From a virus, in IMG/VR virus record IMGVR_UViG_3300045988_056175: a DNA stretch of 43,335 nt; one strand, given 5' to 3'. The position numbers were made by a program, and so were the translations under genes. The notes below the pieces were generated by a model. It was not told the origin of the DNA, ran no database searches, and was given only the letters and a program-made list of their open reading frames with translations. Positions 33,016 to 41,481 of the stretch are shown piece by piece (position 1 is the first letter of the stretch; every line of letters starts with the position of its first letter).

Positions 33016-33460
33016 TTTCATCACCATAGTCCACTGTAATATTCAGGTCCATGTCAACCACCTGGTCAACCTTATCCGTATAGAGGCCGTAACGCTTGCC
33101 CAGCAGTTCCGCAGCCTTCAGCCGTTCTTTTTCATCGGGGGCCTTTTCCATTTCCCTGGCGGCGCTCATGAAATCGCCGGTGCTTTCCACAACAACGATG
33201 GAGGAACGGGACTGGCCACGCATGACAGAGGTCAGATATTTCAGGACTTCGTCCTGATCTGCAATCAACTGACTTTCCTTTTCCGCCATGCGCTGGGCCA
33301 AGAAGTCCTTGATTGTAGTAATTTGTAGTAATTTTGAAGCGTTTGTGTTTGCGTATTTGGTAGAATACCCGGCTCTGATTGCGGCCTGAGTAGCATTCAG
33401 GTCAATTAGGTATTCGTCACAGAATCTTTGCTGTTTTGCCGTCAGCTTTGCCACAATCAT
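33005..33460 (-). CDS. terS: Terminase small subunit
   Basis: KLTAKQQRFCDEYLIDLNATQAAIRAGYS is the classical Terminase_2 N-terminal HTH. The start is ambiguous (ATG 33460 or GTG 33454). Confidence 0.88.
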   Translation of the reverse strand: MIVAKLTAKQQRFCDEYLIDLNATQAAIRAGYSTKYANTNASKLLQITTIKDFLAQRMAEKESQLIADQDEVLKYLTSVMRGQSRSSIVVVESTGDFMSAAREMEKAPDEKERLKAAELLGKRYGLYTDKVDQVVDMDLNITVDYGDENGD

Positions 33461-33473
33461 CACCTTTCTTCCA

Positions 33474-34211
33474 CTAGAATCTTGATAAATCGGCCTTTTC
33501 TATATCCTGCTGCTGGATTCTCTCAATCTGCTTCAAATCGCCCTTATAGAATACAAGGACATTCTGATGCACTTTCACGGGCTTCCGCTTCGCCGCAAAC
33601 TGTTTCCCGGCCCTCATTGCCGCCGTTGCGTACTGCTCCAAAAACACGGAATCAGCGTAGAGGTGCAAGCCATTTCCCATAAACAGCGATTTTGTCAGCC
33701 CCACAAAGTCACGGTAGGCTCCTTTTGCGTCCCGTACTTCGCCAACAACAAAAACCGCAAACCGATTTTCTTTCAGCTTGCGGCAGGATATATCAATGAT
33801 TTCTTTGTACGCTTCCGAAAAGTCGGAATAGTTCATGTTGGACAGGTCCAGCGGGTGGTTGCTGTACTGCTCCAAATTGTGATAGGGAGGGCAGGAAAAC
33901 ACGAAATCCGCTGTTCCGTCCTCAATGTACCGGTCTGCGTTTCTGCTGTCATCGCACCACCAGACCGGACACACGCCCAAAGCGTCAGCGTTCACCTGGT
34001 TAGCGTCAACTTGCCTTTCGGATAGGTCAATGCCTATGTAATGACGGCCCAGCATTTCAGCCACCACGCCACGCACAGAGCCACCGGCGAACGGGTCAAA
34101 CACAATGCCGTCCTTCGGGCTGTACCAGTTATACAGGATTTCGCAAAGCACCGGGTCAAAGATAGACGTGCCGGACAGGTTCATATTTTTCTTTTCGGCA
34201 AGGCCCTTCAA
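33474..34211 (-). CDS. DNA methyltransferase (N6-adenine/N4-cytosine type); the N-terminus continues upstream without an in-frame start
   Basis: Motif I is VFDPFAGGSVRG and motif IV is FSCPPY. The open frame extends to 34379 and encodes ANYKKFTYTPPVSVFDSKQGYWQKRKREWKNIGLDSSTGR, which is typical of this family's N-terminus. The only upstream ATG (34357-34359) is one base out of frame. Confidence 0.8.
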   Translation of the reverse strand: MKGLAEKKNMNLSGTSIFDPVLCEILYNWYSPKDGIVFDPFAGGSVRGVVAEMLGRHYIGIDLSERQVDANQVNADALGVCPVWWCDDSRNADRYIEDGTADFVFSCPPYHNLEQYSNHPLDLSNMNYSDFSEAYKEIIDISCRKLKENRFAVFVVGEVRDAKGAYRDFVGLTKSLFMGNGLHLYADSVFLEQYATAAMRAGKQFAAKRKPVKVHQNVLVFYKGDLKQIERIQQQDIEKADLSRF

Positions 34212-34394
34212 GCCTTTCCCGATAAGCGCATCCGGCCTCCCGGTGCTGCTGTCCAGCCCTATGTTTTTCCACTCTCGTTTCCGCTTTTGCCAATAGCCCT
34301 GTTTGCTGTCAAATACTGAAACAGGTGGGGTATAGGTAAACTTCTTGTAGTTTGCCCATGTAACCAGCCCTTTCGTAATTTATTCAAAACAAAG

Positions 34395-34431
34395 GCCACC
34401 AAAGGTGGAGGAAAAGAGAACCTTTGGTGGC
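34395..34431 (-). terminator. Strong terminator at the early/late boundary
   Basis: Perfect 12-bp stem GCCACCAAAGGT / ACCTTTGGTGGC with a 13-nt loop. On the minus strand it is followed by CTTTGTTTT. Confidence 0.75.
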
Positions 34432-34500
34432 TAAGAGGGGTAGTATGGTTTTTAGAATTTTTCTAGGATAATAATATCATAGATGGAGTATCAACTTCTA

Positions 34501-34932
34501 TCAACTTTCGGAATTTTTCTGCATAATTTCCTCCGCAGCCTGTAACGCCCTTCCATGCAGCTTGCAGATTCCGAAATAGGAATACCCCATTTCATCCGCA
34601 ATCCATTCCCACGCTTTCCCGCACAAATACCGATATTCCAGACAAAGCCGCTGCTTATGGTTCTCAATCTGCCGGAGAATTTCGTTTGCTTCCCGCTTCA
34701 TATCCACAAACCTACCAATCTCCGCATTCAGGTCCGTTTGCAGGTCAATGATTTTGTCTACGGTGCTTTCCATGGTTCTGGATACCCCGGAGGATTTCCC
34801 GGTATCGCCCGTAATGGTAGCCGTCACCTTCGTGGCCAGGGCCTTCAGGCGTTCCAGCTGCTCATATTTGGAATCAATCTGCTTGTCCAGATTTCTGATT
34901 CCCTGGAAGAATTCTTTTGCGCTTTGCTCCAT
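34501..34932 (-). CDS. Late-gene regulator, sigma-70 region-4-like (DUF1492/RinA-ArpU-type position)
   Basis: The C-terminus RLCLEYRYLCGKAWEWIADEMGYSYFGICKLHGRALQ resembles a sigma region-4 HTH. It is the last gene of the early operon, just upstream of the packaging genes. Confidence 0.65.
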   Translation of the reverse strand: MEQSAKEFFQGIRNLDKQIDSKYEQLERLKALATKVTATITGDTGKSSGVSRTMESTVDKIIDLQTDLNAEIGRFVDMKREANEILRQIENHKQRLCLEYRYLCGKAWEWIADEMGYSYFGICKLHGRALQAAEEIMQKNSES

Positions 34933-34934
34933 GC

Positions 34935-35243
34935 TCATTCCTCCTTAATCGCTTTGCTCAGCATTTCATACGCTTCCTTTATTTTCTCTGCTGATTCTTG
35001 CGCCGCTTCTTGTGCCGCCGAAGATAGCGCCTCCATAGCTTCGAGCAGTTCTTCCCATGACGTGGACGCATATGGCACCATTTTATCCAAATCGGCAATG
35101 GCAGCATCGAGTTCTATTTTTTTCTTCAGCTGGACTTCTTTTTGATATTCCCGGTGCCTGAATGCCCGGTTCCCCTTGCGCCGGTCTGCCTGACTGTTCG
35201 GGATGAATCCGGAGGTTTTCCCCAGCATCCTAGGTTTCCCCAT
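34935..35243 (-). CDS. Hypothetical protein (102 aa): basic N-terminus, acidic helical C-terminus
   Basis: ATG at 35243 lies 8 nt after AAGGAGG. Confidence 0.55.
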   Translation of the reverse strand: MGKPRMLGKTSGFIPNSQADRRKGNRAFRHREYQKEVQLKKKIELDAAIADLDKMVPYASTSWEELLEAMEALSSAAQEAAQESAEKIKEAYEMLSKAIKEE

Positions 35244-35430
35244 CCTGGTCCACCTCCTTGAACGGGTATGCTTCGCAGAAACCGCAGTCAAACCGAACCA
35301 CGTAGAATCTGCCCCGTGGGTGTATGTACGTTACTGTTCCGGGCTGGGGTGCTGGCGCACCCCTCAGATTGCCCCCGGTTTTCGCTTCAAACATGGTGGG
35401 CATCCGCCGCACCCTATCACCGATCCGCAT
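35230..35430 (-). CDS. Hypothetical small protein (66 aa)
   Basis: Internal ATG at 35430 (MRIGDRVRRM...) lies 7 nt after AGGAGG. The longer 130-aa track ORF overlaps the neighbouring CDS. Confidence 0.5.
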   Translation of the reverse strand: MRIGDRVRRMPTMFEAKTGGNLRGAPAPQPGTVTYIHPRGRFYVVRFDCGFCEAYPFKEVDQDGET

Positions 35431-35677
35431 TGCGCGCCCTCCTTTCCCCGAATCTGCAAAAGAAATCGTCCGGAACGACACAGTCCACGCAAGGGCCATA
35501 GGAGCATATCCGCCCGTCAATGCCCTTATAACTGTTTCGGCAATCCCGGCAGCGCACCACCGGCGCAACGTCGGCGGCAGGTGCTTTCCAGATTGGGCAA
35601 CTCTGCCTATCGCAATACTCATTACTGCATCGGCAATAATTTTCGCAGTATTCTTCCCTGTTAATGTATTCAGCCAT
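35417..35677 (-). CDS. Cys-rich hypothetical protein (86 aa)
   Basis: 12 Cys residues, including CENYCRC, CDRQSC, CRDC and CVDC. The ATG at 35677 overlaps the upstream stop. Confidence 0.55.
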   Translation of the reverse strand: MAEYINREEYCENYCRCSNEYCDRQSCPIWKAPAADVAPVVRCRDCRNSYKGIDGRICSYGPCVDCVVPDDFFCRFGERRARNADR

Positions 35678-35867
35678 TGTCAATCATCCTTTTCAGATTC
35701 AGCAGCTCCTGCCGCAGCATGATGATTTTGCGTTTCAGGGCGGTCTTGCTGTGGTTTTTATCCCTGTAATTTGCGTTCCAGCCATCCCCGCCATTCGCCA
35801 GATAGAGCGTGACGTTCTCCTTCAGGTCCTCAAAGAGGAGGGTTACAAACTGTAACTGCCTTTTCAT
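35670..35867 (-). CDS. Hypothetical small protein (65 aa)
   Basis: An ORF in the operon with tightly packed neighbours. Confidence 0.5.
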   Translation of the reverse strand: MKRQLQFVTLLFEDLKENVTLYLANGGDGWNANYRDKNHSKTALKRKIIMLRQELLNLKRMIDNG

Positions 35868-35870
35868 CGG

Positions 35871-36563
35871 TCACACCCCCAACCCCTGGGAAATGCCGAT
35901 CAGTTCCTCACAGAGGGCTTTCAGGTCATCAATGTGGCAAGCTAAAGCGTCCCTCATGCAGCGTGGATCACTGCTCTTCCTCTCCTTCGGCCCTTTCCCA
36001 AAGACCTGATTGTTGATTTGCATTGCCATATTTAATGCCTTTTGTGTGAGATCGTTGGCCTCCTCCAGCATAGCGGCCATCGGAGCAGGGCCTGGCGAAG
36101 GTATTTCGCACGTTGTAGCGCCATAGTTTTCAATCATTTGATTTTCCTCCAAAATCTTGATAATATCGTTGTAAAAACTCACTGCATCGCCTCTTTCGGC
36201 GCACACGATTTCCGGATAACGGTTCCTGACGGCATAATCAAGCCGCTTGTTCGCTGCCGTCAGCTGCTCCCGGAAGAATTTCAGCCGAGATTCCTCATAG
36301 GATACGGCTTTCAGCTTTGGTTCCTTCGGTTTTCCGGCCTGCACGATAATGCACGGCCCGTTCAGATTTTCCGGCTTTTCATGGTCATTTGGGAAGCTAA
36401 CCGGCTTAAATTCTTCATACCGGCGCTTTCCGGGGCCGCTTTCGTCTCCGTAATTATCTTCAATTACGCCGTCCCCAGCCTTCCGTCCGCAGTCCCTGAC
36501 ACTTGTCCCTCGATACAGGTTTCCAGTGTTTTTCATGTTCTGCGCCGTCCCTTCTTTCGACAC
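35871..36563 (-). CDS. Hypothetical protein (221-230 aa)
   Basis: The alternative ATG at 36536 overlaps the upstream TGA (ATGA). I recognise no family. Confidence 0.55.
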   Translation of the reverse strand: MSKEGTAQNMKNTGNLYRGTSVRDCGRKAGDGVIEDNYGDESGPGKRRYEEFKPVSFPNDHEKPENLNGPCIIVQAGKPKEPKLKAVSYEESRLKFFREQLTAANKRLDYAVRNRYPEIVCAERGDAVSFYNDIIKILEENQMIENYGATTCEIPSPGPAPMAAMLEEANDLTQKALNMAMQINNQVFGKGPKERKSSDPRCMRDALACHIDDLKALCEELIGISQGLGV

Positions 36564-36802
36564 TTTTCGCAGCAGTAAATCTGGAATGACCTATTCGGCA
36601 CAAACCAGTCTTTACAATAAGCGCATTGCCGTTCCTCGCTTCCGTGCTGTGCCGCTGTGACGCTCACAGCGTCTTTCTGCATCATGTATTTCCCATATGT
36701 CATATTTAACTGGCTTGCCATGTACACGTCATTGCAGAAGGAGCAGCGGCCATTCTCGTCAAGGTCTGCCATAACGTGGCAGATTCTGCATCTTTTTCTC
36801 AT
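36533..36802 (-). CDS. Zinc-ribbon-rich small protein (89 aa)
   Basis: Four CxxC pairs: CRIC...CSFC...CAYC...CEKC. Confidence 0.6.
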   Translation of the reverse strand: MRKRCRICHVMADLDENGRCSFCNDVYMASQLNMTYGKYMMQKDAVSVTAAQHGSEERQCAYCKDWFVPNRSFQIYCCEKCRKKGRRRT

Positions 36803-36803
36803 G

Positions 36804-37856
36804 TTACATCTCCTGAATTCTTTGTTTCAGCTTCTCCGCCCGTTCGGCAAGATCAGGATTGTTCCCAACGGTGTCGGGTTCATCTTGCAGCACGTTCCGG
36901 ATAGCTTCCAGTTCAGCGTCTCCCAGGGTGCTGGATTGGCACCAGCCGGGGACAGGTTCTTTTCTTCCGTAGCGTCTGGCCTTATCGGCGTAGTTTCCTT
37001 CCAGGACTTTGGCCATGTTGGAATCCTTAATCAGCCAATCAAAGTTAGCGGACCAGTTCCGGTCATTGCTGCCCTTGAGGAAAGAGGACGCTTCAGCATT
37101 TTCAAAAACCGTCCTGAAATCTTCCATGGTATAGGATTTCAACCGGGCTTTAATGGCCTTCCGTCTTGCATCAGACAGGGACCGGACAGAAGGGAAAGAT
37201 TTGCAGATGGAATTGTACAGGTCTGCAATCTGCTGATAAGAAATTTGAGAATCAGTATGGGAGGGGGAGGCCGATTCGGCAGAATCGGAAAAACCGTTCT
37301 CTTTTTCTTCTCTTATTCTTATTTCTTTTTCTTTATCTTCTTCTTTATCTAGGGGGTTTACGTTGGCTTCACGTAAATCTTCACGTAAATGTTTACGTAA
37401 GGATTTATTTTCCACGTTTTCGTCCTCGCTCTCAGCCTCTGTCAAAAGCTTCTGTTTCTTCCGATATTCCCGTTGATATTCCCTCTGATAGCGTTTTTTG
37501 TCCTCTAATTTTTCAAGATTCTGGTGCTTTCCCCAGTTCGGGATTGTAATAACTCCGTCAATGATTTCCACCATGCCGAACTGTTCAAAGGTTTTCAATG
37601 CAAGCTGCACAGTAGATTCTTTGCGCCGGAAAATGGTGGAAAGCATTTTGTCTGTGTATGCGATTTTCTCATTCATCATGAAAACGCCGCTGTTATTCAT
37701 CTTTCCAGCAAGGCAAAGCAGCTTAAACCAGATAACAATAATGGAATCCGCTTCCGGTAGGCTCTCAATCAGGAGGATTTTTTCATCATCGAAAATATCC
37801 GTGGTTATCTTGATCCACTTAACATCCGCCACATCTCGCCGCCTCGCTTTCAGCAA
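36804..37856 (-). CDS. Replisome organizer / replication initiator (phage_rep_org_N-like N-terminus)
   Basis: VKWIKITTDIFDDEKILLIESLPEADSIIVIWFKLLCLAGKMNNSG is the typical N-domain. A charged linker and a C-terminal DnaD-like region follow. The start is uncertain (TTG 37856 or GTG 37832). Confidence 0.8.
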   Translation of the reverse strand: MLKARRRDVADVKWIKITTDIFDDEKILLIESLPEADSIIVIWFKLLCLAGKMNNSGVFMMNEKIAYTDKMLSTIFRRKESTVQLALKTFEQFGMVEIIDGVITIPNWGKHQNLEKLEDKKRYQREYQREYRKKQKLLTEAESEDENVENKSLRKHLREDLREANVNPLDKEEDKEKEIRIREEKENGFSDSAESASPSHTDSQISYQQIADLYNSICKSFPSVRSLSDARRKAIKARLKSYTMEDFRTVFENAEASSFLKGSNDRNWSANFDWLIKDSNMAKVLEGNYADKARRYGRKEPVPGWCQSSTLGDAELEAIRNVLQDEPDTVGNNPDLAERAEKLKQRIQEM

Positions 37857-38073
37857 TTATCTTGTTCCAGTCCAGCGAATACCTGGCGTAGCTGGTAGCC
37901 TCACCATAGCGGTTTTTCCACTTGACCGTCTCCACCAGAATGGGAGTACCCATCCGCTTCAGGTCGGAAATCCGGGAAGCCAGCCGCATGATCCCGTATT
38001 CCTGCATTGCCTCCAAACTGGTAATGCTGCCAAAGTCCTGCATATGTCGGAGAATCTTTTCACACTGTGTCAT
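37819..38073 (-). CDS. Winged-helix DNA-binding protein (HTH_39-like)
   Basis: ILRHMQDFGSITSLEAMQEYGIMRLASRISDLKRMG. The ATG overlaps the RusA stop (ATGA). Confidence 0.65.
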   Translation of the reverse strand: MTQCEKILRHMQDFGSITSLEAMQEYGIMRLASRISDLKRMGTPILVETVKWKNRYGEATSYARYSLDWNKIIAESEAARCGGC

Positions 38074-38456
38074 GCTTGCACCTCCCGAACCTCTACGGCT
38101 ATGTAATTCTCATCATGGAAGTAATGGCATACTCCCTTGACCCATCGGCGGTTATCGTCCTCAATGACCCGGCCCTTCATGGCATCCACAATCATCTTTC
38201 CCATGACGGCGTGGTTGTCAATGTCCAGCCGGTCATTCCAGCGGAAGATAACGATAACCGGTTTCTTGAAGGGCGCACGGCGGACATTCTGTTCATTCAT
38301 GGCCGCTCTGACAAGCCAGTGCCAGTATTCGGCATCCCGCTTTCTGACTGACCAATGTTTCCCGGCATAGTATGAATTCATGCCGTAATCCTTGGCCCAT
38401 TGCTTTTGCCCTGCTTTGCTTTCAGGGTAGGGGATTCGGAAAATCTCATTTACCAT
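38070..38456 (-). CDS. rusA: RusA-like Holliday junction resolvase
   Basis: ATG at 38456 lies 7 nt after AAGGAG. It carries the acidic catalytic pattern RLDIDNHAVMGKMIVDAMKGRVIEDDN. Confidence 0.72.
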   Translation of the reverse strand: MVNEIFRIPYPESKAGQKQWAKDYGMNSYYAGKHWSVRKRDAEYWHWLVRAAMNEQNVRRAPFKKPVIVIFRWNDRLDIDNHAVMGKMIVDAMKGRVIEDDNRRWVKGVCHYFHDENYIAVEVREVQA

Positions 38457-38517
38457 TATTCTGCTCCTTCCTCTGGTTGGTTTGGCGGTTTGACCTCCCA
38501 CCGCCAAGGGCTAGGAA

Positions 38518-39240
38518 TCAAGAAATCACAATATAGCCGTCCATGCCCGCAAGGGCCGCTTCCAGATACGCCTTGATTCTGCGCATAGCATCGATCTTCC
38601 ATGCGCCGCCGTCCGCCTCATAAAGGGCGCACTGAATGCCGTTTCTGTCCTGCATACGGAAAATGTACTTGGATTCCGGCTGCTCCACCTCAATGAAAGT
38701 ACGGTACGCAACCAAGTTGACGGGGTTGGGAATAACCGCTTCCCCCTTCTTGGCAATGCCAACCTTTACCGTGGCTTTCTGGGTAACGCCATCATCCCCG
38801 TATTCGGCAATCGTGCCGCTTTCCACGGTTCCGGCGAACTTCAGCAGCAAGGCCCGGTCTTCGTTGGGCAGGAACTTAGACTGAAGGGCAATACAGAAAG
38901 ATTCATGGTCAATCCAGCGATTAAAACCAAATTCCGGCACATTTGCCGTGACTTCCGCAATGTATTCCCGTTCCCGGTTTGCATTCAAAACGGAATACAT
39001 TCTGACTTTCGTAGGGCTTACAACGTGGATAAACATGGAATCCCCCCAATTCGGTCCCATGTTGTCCACGTTGGACTTGATATAGTCCACCAGGCTTTCC
39101 AGGGTGGAAAGCTGGATAGGCTCCGCAAGGGGCGTATAATCCACCCGGTGCAGCGGCTTATCGGAATAGGTTTCGTTGCCGATTTCCTGGACAACGGGGG
39201 CAGACAGGCCCACAATGTACTGCAATGCTTCTTTAATCAT
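38518..39240 (-). CDS. Hypothetical replication/recombination-module protein (240 aa)
   Basis: A long ORF with a good operon context. I recognise no motif. Confidence 0.6.
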   Translation of the reverse strand: MIKEALQYIVGLSAPVVQEIGNETYSDKPLHRVDYTPLAEPIQLSTLESLVDYIKSNVDNMGPNWGDSMFIHVVSPTKVRMYSVLNANREREYIAEVTANVPEFGFNRWIDHESFCIALQSKFLPNEDRALLLKFAGTVESGTIAEYGDDGVTQKATVKVGIAKKGEAVIPNPVNLVAYRTFIEVEQPESKYIFRMQDRNGIQCALYEADGGAWKIDAMRRIKAYLEAALAGMDGYIVIS

Positions 39241-39260
39241 GTTTTGCCATCCTTTCTTAT

Positions 39261-39674
39261 TTAGGCTTTCATAGCCTTGCGCATATCGATAACGGTTGCC
39301 GGAATCGATTCAATAACCTCACCGGTTTCAGGGTCACACGGGATTTCCGGTTCTGCGTCAATCTGCATCTGACCTGGAAGACGGTTATGCCGCCCATATT
39401 CCTCTGCGAATACCTGGCCGGTTTTCAGGTTCTTCCCGATCATGAAAGCGGTCTGCATAGGGGCTTGTGCCGCCAGCTTTTCGGAAACCTTGATTGCACA
39501 GGATACATCATCCCTGGCTTCGTTCTGGGTGAACTTCAGTTCGATGCAGATTTTCCGACAATCCTTGAACGGGGTGTTCGGGTCAGAAAGATTCTCCACA
39601 ACCCGCAGGAACGATTTTTCAAACTGTTCCTGAAGCGCACCGCCTACCATTTCCTGCAAAGAGATTTTTTCCAT
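39261..39674 (-). CDS. Hypothetical protein (137 aa)
   Basis: An ORF with a GGAAGGA RBS. No family is named. Confidence 0.6.
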   Translation of the reverse strand: MEKISLQEMVGGALQEQFEKSFLRVVENLSDPNTPFKDCRKICIELKFTQNEARDDVSCAIKVSEKLAAQAPMQTAFMIGKNLKTGQVFAEEYGRHNRLPGQMQIDAEPEIPCDPETGEVIESIPATVIDMRKAMKA

Positions 39675-39738
39675 TGTTTATCCTTCCTTTCTGAATGTGT
39701 ACTGTCAATATTTGGCAGAAAAGATTGATTTTTTGATA

Positions 39739-40368
39739 TTAAAACGGCAGTTCCTCGTTGGAATCGTCCATAGCAGTGAAGTCAGAACCGGGTGCGCTGC
39801 CATGTCCGGGGGCCGGGACGGCATAGCTTCCGAAGTCTGCCGGTGCATTGCCGGAAGATTTGTTCTTCAGGGGCTTGTCCTTCGGGACGGTGAAGTTCCC
39901 GTCCTGGACGGCATCCACGGACGTGGCCTTGAACGGGCGGACGGTCCAGCCGGTTTTTCCCTCATACTCCCATTCCTCATTCCGGAAGATAATGCCGATC
40001 AGCTTCCCGGCCAGGGACTTTTCTTCCCAGTCCCAGGTATATCCCCGGTTGGAATCCTCAATGGCAGCGGTCAGGGCCTTGAAGGAAGATTTCGTCCATT
40101 CGTCCTTCTCGGAACCGTCATCCTTCGGGAGCCACTGCCGCAGCACACCCTTCCAATTCTTGTCCTGCCGCTGATTGGCGGCGAAGTCATCCGCATAGAA
40201 GCCAGTGTATTCGCCATCCTCAATGTCAAAGAGAAGGCACAGCTGGGGGCCGTAGTTCGTATCCTGCACGACTGCCTGTTTCACCCGGCAGACGTAAGCC
40301 CCCACGGGCAGCTTGGGCCGGTCGGTGAATGCCTGGACGTTTTCCCAATTCTTCGGTTTGTTAATCAT
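39739..40368 (-). CDS. DUF669-like protein with an SSB-type acidic C-terminal tip
   Basis: 209 aa with a disordered G/P/S-rich tail ending in DDSNEELPF (compare the bacterial SSB tip DDD(I/L)PF). It sits next to the Sak4-like ATPase. Confidence 0.7.
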   Translation of the reverse strand: MINKPKNWENVQAFTDRPKLPVGAYVCRVKQAVVQDTNYGPQLCLLFDIEDGEYTGFYADDFAANQRQDKNWKGVLRQWLPKDDGSEKDEWTKSSFKALTAAIEDSNRGYTWDWEEKSLAGKLIGIIFRNEEWEYEGKTGWTVRPFKATSVDAVQDGNFTVPKDKPLKNKSSGNAPADFGSYAVPAPGHGSAPGSDFTAMDDSNEELPF

Positions 40369-40391
40369 GATGTTTTCTTCCTTTCAGACTG

Positions 40392-41000
40392 TTAGATTTC
40401 ATAATAGGCCCGAATGGCCTGGTCTACTGCTTTCAGGTCGTTGTCAATTTCCGCCGGGAACATTTCCATCGGGCTTTTCGCCGTGGTGATCCCATCGGAC
40501 TGGGTGACAAAGACGTGCTTTTTGCCGTCCGTGTAGCACATCAGGACAATGGCAAACAGCCCTTCCAGGGTAAGCTGATTGTCCAGCATTTTGCCCATTG
40601 TCTTTGCTTTGACCTTCCCGGTATTGCTGTCCGTCTCCGTGTGGTGCAGGAAATAGACAATCACATCAGGCGGGGTTTGCCGGATCACGTATTGCACCAG
40701 ATTGTAAAAGTGCAAGGCCATGTCCGTATATTTGCCGTAGCCCGTTTCCTTGGCCTTGGCGAAGCTTTCAAAGCAGAGAAGGTATTGACTATCGTCTATT
40801 ACAAAAGCCTTTTTCTGGCTCTGCTGAATGCCTTGCACGATGACGTTGTAGTCAGCTGTGGCCTTCATAGGCAGCTTCTTCCGGAAGGGCAGCGGTTTCG
40901 CCGCCACGTTGAAAATGCTCACGTCATTGGGTTCAAAGTTCCGGAGGCTGGCGGACTTGCCGCTGCCGGATTCACCCAAAATCAGAACGGGAATTCCCAT
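40392..41000 (-). CDS. Sak4-like / AAA_24-type P-loop ATPase
   Basis: Walker A VLILGESGSGKS at residues 5-16 and a Walker B-like FVIDDS. About 200 aa. Confidence 0.75.
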   Translation of the reverse strand: MGIPVLILGESGSGKSASLRNFEPNDVSIFNVAAKPLPFRKKLPMKATADYNVIVQGIQQSQKKAFVIDDSQYLLCFESFAKAKETGYGKYTDMALHFYNLVQYVIRQTPPDVIVYFLHHTETDSNTGKVKAKTMGKMLDNQLTLEGLFAIVLMCYTDGKKHVFVTQSDGITTAKSPMEMFPAEIDNDLKAVDQAIRAYYEI

Positions 41001-41013
41001 CTTTGTTTCCTCC

Positions 41014-41481
41014 TCACTTGATTTGCGGGTTCAGGGTGATGACCTTCTCCACGCCCTTGACGTTCAGACCGGCGTTGATAGCCGCCATAATGGCCTTTTT
41101 GTCCGGGCGGTAGGTAATGGCCTTCACCTGGTATTTCTTCGGGATTTTGGCATCGTCCACGATTTTGACGGATGCAGCGGGTTTCCAGGATACCGTACAC
41201 CGGGCAGAAGCGAACTTCTCGCCCCGAAGGGCCTTTTCAAGCCATGCCTTCAGGTCCTCCACCTTCTTCTCTGCCTTGCGCTGCCGGTCTGCGAAAGCAT
41301 CCTTTTCCGCTTTCAGTGCCACGGCATCCGCCTGAAGGTTCTTGATCCAAAGGGCCACGGCCTCGATTTTGCTGTCCCGCTCCATCTTCAGAGCGTCCAG
41401 CCGTTCCGGGTCGATGATCTCCCCGGTTTCCTGGTCACAGCAAGCCAGGATTGCATGGTCAATTTCGTACAGTGTTGCCAT
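41014..41481 (-). CDS. Siphovirus Gp157-family protein
   Basis: 155 aa. The N-terminal TLYEI...D.ETGEI..., the central coiled coil and the C-terminal IPKKY...PDKKAI...G..V.G pattern are typical of Gp157. Confidence 0.75.
   Translation of the reverse strand: MATLYEIDHAILACCDQETGEIIDPERLDALKMERDSKIEAVALWIKNLQADAVALKAEKDAFADRQRKAEKKVEDLKAWLEKALRGEKFASARCTVSWKPAASVKIVDDAKIPKKYQVKAITYRPDKKAIMAAINAGLNVKGVEKVITLNPQIK

Noticed and set aside
35230-35622. Full-length 130-aa version of this ORF
   Set aside because: Its first 64 codons overlap the Cys-rich CDS at 35417-35677 in another frame and have no RBS. An internal ATG at 35430 with AGGAGG upstream gives a compact 66-aa gene.
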